A stretch of DNA of 64,000 bases from Tubiluchus corallicola. Taxonomy: Eukaryota > Animalia > Priapulida. Shown here in pieces: positions 42,193-52,722 of the stretch (the stretch's first letter is position 1; each line of letters begins with the position of its first letter). The stretch covers positions 62,001 through 126,000 of the forward strand of contig JAQGDQ010000062.1 in the NCBI GenBank assembly GCA_030141605.1. Direction: 5' to 3'. Both the position numbers and the translations under genes were made by a program. Under the pieces are notes generated by a model. That model saw only the letters and a program-made list of their open reading frames with translations. It did no database searches and had not been told where the DNA came from.

Positions 42193-42670
42193 CAGTGGCC
42201 GCCGCTTATTATGGACACGGTTATTGTGGACAGCCGGTTATTGTGGACAACTCGCGAGGGACGGAATTTTCCCCTAATAAAATCCGCCGGTTAATATGGA
42301 CAACCGCCGCTTAATATGGACAGCGAACATTCTTGGCACGTGAACCAGCCGTGCGTGATTGAAAAGAGCTTCCCGCTCTGCTGCCTGTGTGAGTCATTGC
42401 ATCAGTCAGTTCGTCGTTTGCCGTGGCCTTGAGAGCGTCGAAACTGTGATAACTTCCTTCCGTTCAAGGTTGAGAGAAAAGTTTCCTGCCAAACAAACTC
42501 GTCTGACTTCTTTTTTTCAATAAAACAGGAGACGAGTTGATACAGACAGTTTTTTGCCTTTTTTAATGAAGGGGAAAGGTCTTCATGGGTCACTTCGCTT
42601 AATATGGACAGCCGCTTAATATGGACATACACTGCTGGCCCGGGGTGTCCACAATAAGCGGCGGCCACTG
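42193..42670. mobile_element. Young pogo/Tigger-like (Tc1/mariner) MITE, 478 bp
   Basis: 26-bp TIRs CAGTGGCCGCCGCTTATT(A/G)TGGACAC with 1 mismatch, TA TSD on both sides, and internal reiterations of ttaatatggaca/ttattgtggaca. Confidence 0.9.
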
Positions 42671-42985
42671 TACAGGAATTATAAGTTCAAAGTGATAAAT
42701 AGTAAGAAATAAAACATGTTTCTTTTAAACAATTTCAAACATTCAGACTACAATCTTTATGGTTGCAATAAGTTAAAAAAATTACATCTACTGAATATCT
42801 AACATCATTATTTTGACTCTCATCGAATGCAAGATGGGAAAAATTTGTCAGTGGTGCTAAAGACCTGTCAAAAAATGTCAAATTTTGGAATTATTGTTAG
42901 TTAGATGCTTACATTCAAAATGCCAAAAACAATAACGAGGACTATAACCAGGTATAATCAATGCTTCAATGAATTTAAAGCAACA

Positions 42986-45900
42986 TCACCACCGAGAACT
43001 TTGTGAAATTAAACGTCCGAAACTAAACTGTACATTATCTGACTGAATGAGTCTGTACTTTCCCCATGATCCAAAAGGGATGACAAGAACAGTTGAGTTA
43101 TCTTCAGAACCGAACTGCATGGCTTGATCAGTGATAAACGTTGCTGCAGCTTGCGGGCTTGAGCACTTGCTGATGATGTCACAAACTTCTTGATCGCTAA
43201 GTGCAAAATTAACGCCATCTGTGGCCAAGAACATGAACGCGTCCTTGTGGTGTTTGATCTCCAGTTCATTTATTTCTGGCATGGCTGTGACACCATATGG
43301 TTTTAGTTCTAGATCGCCGATACTACGCGTCATGGAGAGTCTGCCGTTTACTAATGGCACTCCCAGGCTGTTCGTGCTTACCTGACCACGTGATTTGATG
43401 ATGCGTAATCTTTCAGTGTCAAGCTCAGGTACATGATCAGTGGTCAATCGACGACCTTTGCCATTACGGTTTATTACAGCAGGACTGTCACCGACATGGG
43501 CCACATACAGGTGAGAACTGTTTTCCAGTAAGCACACAGTGGCCGTAGTGCCACAGTTTGCAGATTCACTGTTGAGCAGACTCAATGACACAGCTCTAGC
43601 AAAAGAGTTGTTTACCTGCAGAAATGCATGTTCAAGTACCTCGGCAAAATCTCTTTCACCACGAAGTGCCCAGTACATAAGGTGATCGATAAATGTCGCG
43701 TGGGCATGGTCAGCTGCGGCAGCACCACCATGTCCATCAAACACAGCAAAGTACAGAAGATCAATTCCTGGCACGGAAAGCTCGCTAACTAAACAGCGGT
43801 CTTCCTGCAAAAACACAAAAATATTGAGTTTCCAATGAACATAGGATTTCACAAGATTTTGTAAATTACAATGGGTACTCACTACTTAAAATCAGCTCTT
43901 AACATTAAAATCAGAAAATAGTCTGGCAAATACAGCAAATACTTCACACTGCAATGCCAATTGGTGGCACGACTACTACTATCAAGGACACCACAATAAA
44001 GAATGAAATTTGCTCAATGAGAAATGTTCAGCATGTTAAACAAATCTGCAATGAACTTAAACATGTAGCAGAATAATGAATGTATTTGGCAATATTGTTT
44101 GCAACCAAGTTGTACCGAACAAGATTATAATACGTTGCCCGATCTCAAAGCAGTGACAAAAAGTGAGGAAATTTTTTAGTAGAGATCATTGGAAAGCAGA
44201 ATAATAAAGGTTTCTTTTACAGTAACACTAAGAAAATGCAGAGCTGCTCCAGGAAATGGAAAATAAAAGATATTGAAATTCATAATACATGCCTATTTTA
44301 TTTCCTACAACTTGTGCCAAACCTTGTGTTTATGATAAAGCCAAAATTATAAAAACCCACTAGACCTGACTGACGGACTGTGCTATTCAAATTCTGGTAC
44401 ACAGAATGGATATGATGACCAATCATGTGAGCTTTGAATGTTTTGATGCATAGAACAGTGGCATAGTTAATAAGGGAGCAACCACTCCCCCAAGCACATT
44501 TTTTCAAAATTGGCAGCTTTTCAACAATTTTTTAACCACTCGAGTTCACTTTTGCGATAAAAGTCAAACCCTTCTTTAATCGCATGGCCTTGGAAGAATT
44601 TTTTGGAATCATTACATTATTTGATTGCATTTACGCAACTCGTTTGTCAAGGTTGACTGATTGAACAAAAGATCATTGCTCCAAATCTGATTATTATAAC
44701 ATTTTCTTGTCACATGCTGATACTGTGTGTTCTGGCACATAATTGCTTCTTGAACTTCTGGTATAGCACAGCAACCTCATAAAAGGGCCATTTTACCACT
44801 CTGGTAGAACTTTGCGTCCCTACTGTAAAACTTAGTGTTTTTAATTTTACATAACAATTATGCACTTCCTTTAAAACTGTATCTTCCTCATATTTTGATT
44901 TCAAACACAAAATGAAAATGTATAATCAATGCATTAAATGTGCCACAGAGCCTTTTTATGTTCTTTGTAACTTTAGATCCTGGCTACAACACAGGCATAG
45001 AAATTAATGTCTTAGGTTTTTTCATTTTAGTTCACACCTAATATTTATCAGCATTTAATGCTTTTTGCAAGAAAAAATATAGCATTCTAATTAACATCTG
45101 TGTTTTTAGCCACATACCTGAGAAGAGAATAAGAAAAAACTGAAGACAGTGTTGTAGTGAATAATATGTTTATAAGCATAACTACCTGATAAGTTCGTCT
45201 TCCCAAAACACTAGATACGCCAACTTGGTTTTCAGAGATTTTTGGTATGATAGTTCCTCGTCTAATGCTTTCATCCATCAACAGAGGCATGTCAATTTGG
45301 TTGTTCCATATGCCCATAGTATCAAAGTTTGTTCCAGATGCGGACTTACCTGGAAATCGCAGCACCGTTTAATTTCAAAGATAATCTTGACCGACTCACA
45401 TTGGCAAATCTAGCTTAGAACAAAAAACAGTTTTCTCACGCTTTTTCTAAATTACGTTAACTACCTTATTGTTAACTCCATGATTGCATGTTAACAAAAT
45501 TCAAGACAATGCTGTAGAACACGTTAACATGTTTTTAACAGTATAGCTACTGAATGGCGCCTCAGTGGAATTCCTCAAGGAACCATAAGTGACACATACT
45601 CCTCCCTAATTGTTATTAATGATATTACTGATTGAATTTCTCCAGGGACTAATATCCCATTGTTTTTTGATGATACGTCCAAAATCTACGAAACTTTACT
45701 TTCTGAATGATATACAAACAGTTTAAAAAATTTGTATCAGAGACTTGGTAGTAATGATTTCCAATGACCAATGATTTCAAATGGAATTCCTATGTGGAAA
45801 ATATCATTGCAAAAGCAAAATGTCGTATTGGCATGATTAAGCACTGTGTTATATCAAGAAATGCAGCTTTAATTATTCCTCTTTATAAAGCCATTTTGGA

Positions 45901-46655
45901 ATACGACTTGATTGTATGGCCACCCCAGTATGATAGGCTCAAGAATGCTCTTGAAAAAGCACAGGATCATTGTATTCATTTTGCTGTTGACTTGGATCCT
46001 ACTTCAATTTCTACTCTGAAGCAGAGGCGTGAGACTGCAGGCCTTGTGAACAAATAATTATTGGATCACTGTTCCAGCAGAGACAGACTTTTTCCAGGCC
46101 TCATAGAGTTCCTTGTGGTCATGAGTCCAAGTTATTTGTGTAATCAACTAGAACCAACATCAGATCTAATTTCTTTGGGCATTGTGTAGTCAAGCCATTG
46201 AATCGTTTTCCATCTTCAACCGTCTGTGCCTCATCAGTTGACAGTTTCAAAAGGCATTTGAGAGAGGATCGCTAACAGATAGTTACTATCTAGGTCCTTA
46301 TTTCCTTGGATAAGATGTTATTTTATTAACAATGCATGTGCAGCTACAATGTACATTTCCTTAGCAGAGAGGAAAATAACACACGCTAATACCCACATGT
46401 TTAGATTATGTGCATTTCCAGGACAAAAACTAGAGTGCAATATTACATGCAATGATTATCAAATTTTTGCTTACCGGTATTCTCGGGATCTCCTACACCT
46501 CGACTTGCATGTCTTTGTTGTTGTCCATACTTTCCCGGATTACAACTGTACCTCCCATATGAAGGTGAATCGAGTAACATATATTTTAAATTAGTCCCCA
46601 AAATACGAATATAGCTCCATCTAGTTCCTGTAATAAACTTGCATGTACAGTTCAT
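42986..46655 (-). CDS. PPM1K: Mitochondrial protein phosphatase 2C (PP2Cm, BCKDH phosphatase), 3 exons, about 387 aa
   Basis: Exons 46655-46475, 45349-45186, 43804-42986 with matching phases (1,0). Motifs NFDTMGIWNNQIDMP, GRRTYQ-EDR, FAVFDGHGG, GTTAT, HVGDS, LTTDH, NGRLSMTRSIGD, LATDG, GSEDNST and PFGSWGKY match recalled PPM1K. Exon 1 (presumed transit peptide) is less certain than exons 2-3. Confidence 0.93.
45550..46275 (+). mobile_element. Decayed CR1-like LINE reverse transcriptase 3' fragment in PPM1K intron 1
   Basis: SGIPQG..VINDI..LFFDDT (degenerate GVPQG and FADD motifs), then KWNSYVENIIAKA, LEY...VW.P, LEKAQ, LKQRR and SSVDSFKRHL, broken by stops and frameshifts. Confidence 0.82.
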
Positions 46656-46799
46656 GACTACACCGTTGATCAGTCAGTGCAGAAATTTACATTATCGCCA
46701 CTTGCCAAAAGTTCTACATAATAACATTATACTTCTTTCAATATTATTAAGACTTCAGTATCGCAACGAAAATAACAACTTAACTCTCGTGACTCTATT

Positions 46800-46930
46800 G
46801 ACAGCCAACGTACTAGCACCACGTGATGGTGTTTACTGTTTATAAATTTCCGGGGCCACGTCTCGGAAAGCTCGAAGATCACTCATATTGCTGGTTTTTA
46901 TCCACGTGATAACGTTTTTTGCTGGATTAC
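46800..46930. promoter_or_regulatory. Probable bidirectional promoter for PPM1K and TAF1A, with two E-boxes
   Basis: CpG-richer patch between divergent genes. CCACGTGAT occurs twice (CACGTG at 46820-46825 and 46903-46908), plus an ETS-like TTCCGG at ~46848. Confidence 0.5.
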
Positions 46931-46941
46931 TGATGCGTTTA

Positions 46942-47131
46942 CCTGTCTGAAGGCAGGTTTCTTTTATTTTAGAATTCTGCCTGCCCAATGTCTACAATAG
47001 ACGTGACGGGCGTATGATGATGATGATGAACGAGCAGTGCCTGTCTGAAAGCAGATTTCTTTTATTTTAGAATTTGCCTGCCCAATGTCTACAATAGACG
47101 ACGGGCGTATGATGATGATTAAAGAGCAGTG
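46942..47131. repeat. Tandem duplication of a ~95-bp unit, with a degenerate partial third copy at ~47246-47295
   Basis: cctgtctgaa.gcag.tttcttttattttagaatt..gcctgcccaatgtctacaatagacg..acgggcgtatgatgatgat..gagcagtgc at 46942-47039 and 47040-47131. Confidence 0.9.
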
Positions 47132-47949
47132 CATAGACTAATATTTTGTTATTGAAGGTATTTTTAAGTTTTGAGAAAGCAGCTAGTGCCATATTTTCGT
47201 ATCTTCTTCGTCAAGTGTTTTTGTTGAATTACCTGTTTCATTAATCTGTCTCAAGAGCAGATTTGCTTTAGAATCCTGCCCGTTTAATATCTGTAATACT
47301 AATAGGTGTAAGGTTTTAAATAAATGAATAAATAATTTTATTTCGCACACATGGATTAACACAGTAATAACATGAAAGAACTAATGGAAGTTAGCCAAAT
47401 GCGAGAGCAACGTACAACCATGGGGTCCTTTACACGTTGCCCTTATTTAAAATTAATGAATTTGTAGTGGTTGAATTTGTAATGTGAAGAGAAGGCAGTA
47501 TTAACTCTTTTAAAATAAAATCTAATTTAACTCAAGTAAAAGATATAAATTTGTAAGGCTTACAAACTAAAAATTTCCTATAAATAAATTTTACTTCATA
47601 ATGCATTATATATTTCAAATGTGTGACTTAATATTTTAGCATTGTATTAATTATTGCAATGTATATTTTGAACAAACGATTTTGCACTGTCTACTAATAT
47701 GATATGATTCACAACTCCTGTTGTTTCTTTCACAGTTCTTTAACTTGAGTGAATTTGTGAAAGTGTTTCCACAATATGAGGGCTAAGTACAGACGCAACT
47801 AAGTTGAAGCACACGTGCAGAAAAAGCACTCAATGTTTTTCAGACAAAGTTCAAGAAAGTATAGTAACTGTAATTGTAAAATAAAATTTGATATGAAGAT
47901 GTAAGTGAAGGGAAATAGATAGAAAACTGGCAAAAGAATGACACAAAAT

Positions 47950-48180
47950 GAATAAAGACTAGGCAACATGTCATTGTTAAATTTGAACATGAATTTAAAT
48001 AATTCTAAACAATAGACAACTTGCAGCTTTAAAAGTTTCAGTTGAAAATACGAGGGTGTGGCATGAGCTTGATAGTTACTAAATGTAATCAGTTTAACTA
48101 TTCTATTTTGTACAACAGTCAATGGCTGCAAGATGTAGTGCTTAGCTATACCAAGTATTTAATTGCAAGAATGACAAGGA
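47950..48180 (-). mobile_element. L2-clade LINE ORF2 C-terminal remnant
   Basis: LQPLTVVQNRIVKLITFSNYQAHATPSYFQLKLLKL...LFKFMFKFNNDMLP resembles the post-RT region of L2/Crack-type elements. Confidence 0.7.
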
Positions 48181-48886
48181 AAAAAGCAACCATGAAATAA
48201 AAGCTCAAGTAAAGGGAGTTGAATTAATAAAATACCAAAAATAAAAGATATCTCTGAATAGTACAGGGAAATACAATGTAATGATAGAGGAGCGAAAGAA
48301 CAAAGTGGAATTCAAAATATTAATCAATGGTAATCCCTGCAATGCTTAACAATATTGAAACCTGGACAAATTTAACAAAAGAAGAATGGAAACTGATAGG
48401 AAATATAGAAAAAGCACTAAACCGAATCTTAGAGCAAAAAAACAGTCTTCACATAAGGGTACGATGTGAGCAACAGGAACATGGCCAATGATAAGGTGGA
48501 ATACAGAAAATTGAAAGTTTTGCTTTTACCTGATTCTGATGTTGAAAGAATGGCAAGGAATGTGTCTATGGTGCAGAAAGAATGAGATTATGAAAATGTT
48601 GTTATGGAGAACTTAAAGAAATAGTGTGATCAAGTATGACATTAACTATGTGGTAGAACAAATACAAGGAGTAAAAATTTCTACATGGAAAAATTGGTAA
48701 AAAGTAAAATTAAAGAAAGAATAGAATTACAAGGTTTAAATTCCAGGGTGTTCAAAAGGGTCTTACACGAAGTAGTTATTGGAGTTGTTGGAGAATAAAT
48801 TAAATTTCTTTTGTTGGCTTGACTTTCAGAACACTATTTTATTGCTTTTTTGTTATCTTTATCTCCACAACAGTGAGCATTGAGCA

Positions 48887-51800
48887 ATGGAGCCAACTTT
48901 TCTTACTGACTCTTCCAGTAAGCCCACAGCATTGACAGATCGCACAGTTGCTATCAAAAAGAAGTTGCTCTGGGCAATACAGATCACTGATCGACTGCGT
49001 CAAATGATGCTACTGCATCGATGGAATGCCGCAACTGATTTACTGATGGCTTTGATACAGCGGAAAACTCTATCTGTGTTTAAAATCATGCCACCTAGGC
49101 TTGTTAACCTAATTGTTTGGCGTACAGGAACTGAAATTCTTGCGCACGCTGAATCTCTAGATGCTTTACATAAACTGATTGAACAGTTGAAAACTGGCTA
49201 CATGTTACTACCTGAAGCAGAAGAAATTTCTCTGTTATACATTATGCATTTGATGAATTGTGGTAAATTCTATGAAGCTCGTGAAGTATTCAAAACTGCA
49301 AAAAGTGCTAATGCTCGAGCCGATCAAATGCGTAATGAGCGAAGGATAGAAAAAGTGGATTTATTATTGACAGGGTGCCTGGGATTGCTAGACTATGTCA
49401 TGTGGCTAGAGCAGCAAGAAGAGCTTGTTAGAGTCACGTCAAGCGACTCTTTTGTGTATAGTGCATCGGGGGACCAGCTAATAGAATCTGTTGCAAAGCA
49501 TGCTAATGCAGCCATTGAGTCATTTAGCAAATTAACTAACTACTCGGGAAATTGGGATATATTTGTTGTCAAGTTAGTGGAACTGTTGCAGCACGACTTG
49601 GATCAAGCGGCAGAATTGGTACATGGATACGTCAACAACAATCCTGCCAACCCAAATTCCTACAAATACCTCTATGAGCTACTATTACAGAAAAATGCAG
49701 GTAATTGTAATATAAACTGGAATTGATTTTAAAATTGAATTTTTTATCTGAAATTGTTGTTCGCATATCCAGAGTTTGGGACTAATAAGCATTGCTACCA
49801 GAAGCCCTAATTGAGCCCAATATGCCCTTCGAATGATGGCTAAGAAACTAGCTGTATAACGGAGAACTTGTAAATAGGAAGAACAAAGCTGCTTCAAGGC
49901 CTCTGTGAGTTCCTGATGCTTTTTCTAAAAGTTGTTCAAACTTTTTAAGAATCAAACTCCTTCAAGTACTGGAAATGGTTTGAAAATTTATGGGAGCCCT
50001 GTACAAGAAAAATGTCTGACATTAAAACAGTATTGTGATCAAGGTTTTTCGATCTTAAAATAAAGCGAAAATTTGTCACTTGCAGGTTACGGGTATGAGG
50101 CGAGATTTTCTGGGCAACTGTCGATTGATTTGCAACAAATAGCACATCAAACTAACCCTCTCTGTTTCCCATGGTCCCATATTGGGTTTATTTTTCGATT
50201 TGGCATGGCCGGGAGAAATTGCGGGTGAAAAGCCACTAAATCGGCACTTTTCGTCTGTTTTTTTTTCGCAAACTTGAAAAAACGGAGATCTGAAGAATGG
50301 GCAGTATAAGATGGGGTGTTACATATATTTTTGGGAAAGAGAATTCAGCATAGGTATAACAGCTGTAGTTTTGCTTCCCGGTAGGCTCATAGCTCACGAA
50401 AAAGGGAATAATTCCAACTTTTTTTTGGAAAAGTGCAGGGCACAAAGCCTATTCATTAGTGATATCATCTGTTATAGTCTGCCTGTAGAGTTTGCTTCAG
50501 TATATTAAGCTGGCTATTAATGCAACTTGTATCAATTAACAATTAGTCTTTTATCTTTCACTATGGGAGCAGTAAGTACTTCACATTTTGGATTGGTTGT
50601 TATTTTTCTGAAGATATTACTGTACTAAACACATGAGTAAGTTGTTTGAAAACTAATCTCTAAACATTGTTTTTAAGTACTACTATTTGCATGCTAAATT
50701 AACAGGATGATAGTTGTGTTTGATCAGCTTTTTTCACATCTTTAATTCAGGTGCCAATGAGCTGATGTCCGTACTACGCGATTTGGTATTTCTGGATCCC
50801 TCAGATAGATTAGCCCTGCAGCTGGTGAATTTGACTGATAATGTAGCCGAGAAGTTGCAAGTATTATTCACTATGCTAGATTACAGTGTATGGCAAGATG
50901 AGGAGGCCCCCTGGAGGACGTTTGCCGAGGTGTTGTTGACTATTGAGAAGCGGTAAGCATAGTAACATTTGTGGAGTAATATTTGTTACTAGGCCTCCAC
51001 GAAATACTTAATAAAGTAAATCTAGCAAAAATTGTCTAAAAATGAAAACCCATCTTGATCTTGAGAGGCATATCTCTGTTTGGAACTCTAACATAAATGT
51101 TTACCTCCGACTTTTGTACCTTTTGTTGTTTTTTAGAAAAATTTATGCTACATTGTAGATGACTTATTTGCTTTATTAAGTATTACACACAAATGCATGT
51201 TAATATTATAAAGTAATGCATATCTCAGAACAAGTGTGACAGGAGAAAGAATTTCTTTGCCATCAGCTAGCAAGTTACTGATCACTTGGAATTTACCTCA
51301 AATGAAAGTAAAAGGTATCAGTGCTTATAGTATTACTTCAGATATTAGACTACAGAAGGTTGTTTAGGTATTTTGAGAAAACAGGAAATGTTTATAGTGA
51401 TGTTAAGAAATAGAAAATTGACCTGTTTTTGGAAATCAAACCAACTAATACAACAATGAAATGGAATAGAGCAGAATACAATGATAAAATAAAAAAGAAT
51501 GTAACGTAACACAGTGGAATGAACTTATAAAAAACGTTTGCTTGGATATTATGGTTGTGATCAAAAATTTTATGATTTTCATATATAACAAATGTTTGGA
51601 GAAATTCAAGTCATTTTATTTAACGAACTAGTGTTAGTGAATAAACGATTTTCTGGTTTGTTTTAGGTCTGATTTAGATGATGTGTGGGACAAGAGGAAA
51701 GCCTGGTGGCCTTCATACCATTTTACTGAGTTTCACGCCAAGACCACTAAAATAGGACCATGTCTTTCTTCCAAGATCGCAGCAGCATTATTGTTATGTG

Positions 51801-52051
51801 GACCAGGTATGCATTCGTTTTCTAGTTGCTATGCTTGTTGGGTTAATATTTTGATTGAGCCCATTCTTATCGGATAGGAATATAAAATCCTATCCCATAA
51901 GATACATGGCTAGGGTAGTAAAATTCTTAATAATTTTACAGGAAATGAATTTGTAAACCTTGCAGAAACCAGATTTGTGAACGATGAACAGCACCAAATG
52001 CGAATGGACAAAACTAGGTCATGTTTAAATTCGTGGAGCATTGCTTCTTAA
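48887..52051 (+). CDS. TAF1A: TBP-associated factor, RNA polymerase I subunit A (SL1/TIF-IB), 4 coding exons, about 421 aa
   Basis: Exons 48887-49700, 50751-50952, 51667-51806, 51942-52051; GT-AG introns, phases 1,2,1; total 1266 nt. Motifs GNWDIFVVKLVELL, PANPNSYKYLY, LDPSD, VLFTMLDY, WDKRKAWWPSYHF and KIAAALLLCG align with the recalled TAF1A C-terminal half. Confidence 0.85.
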
Positions 52052-52395
52052 TGGGTCTTGAAGGAAATTTTGAGTAGATGAACATTTCTTCAAGCTGAAA
52101 TTTCCTAGACTACTGATTATTTGTTGTAATAAATATATATATATATTATTTATTGTATTTATAATAACATGGTTAAATACAAGAAAAAATGTTTGCAAAC
52201 CTATTATATATGAATATTAAGACCAGTATGACCTTTGGAACTAAGATAGTTACCGGGCCATGCATACCATGTAAATTTGTGGTTGAAACTACGAAATCGT
52301 CATCACAATCAAATTTTTAAAACAGCACCTGCTAGTTTTTCCATTAAGTGATTTCTATAATACGTATCTATGTTAGAATTATAAAATAATCACTA

Positions 52396-52588
52396 GAGTC
52401 AAACCGCGTTATAAGCCAATCCCCTTTATAATGCCAATCTCATTTAATGCTCGTAGTTTTTGGTAAAACAAAATGTCTATATTTGCATAAACGTGTATCT
52501 ATTAATGCACCTAATTCATAATGTCAAGCTCACTTGACGTTCAACTTCATTGCAGTCCAAAAGTGGATGGTGTAAGGAGGTTTGACCA
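52396..52588. mobile_element. Tc1/mariner MITE, second copy of the 15302-15492 family
   Basis: TA-GAGTCAAACCGCGTTATAA ... GGAGGTTTGACCA-TA. Internal aatgccaatc and aacaaaatgtctata are shared with the 15302 copy. Confidence 0.62.
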
Positions 52589-52722
52589 TAAAAATGCTTT
52601 ACAGAAAAGCCTGCAAAAGTGACTTCTGTTATTTAACTCTTGCAAGTTTAGTTATTCATGATCTCACTGTTCAATGTTTCCTGCTAGTAAACTAATTTAG
52701 TTCAAAAGATATTTATATCCAG

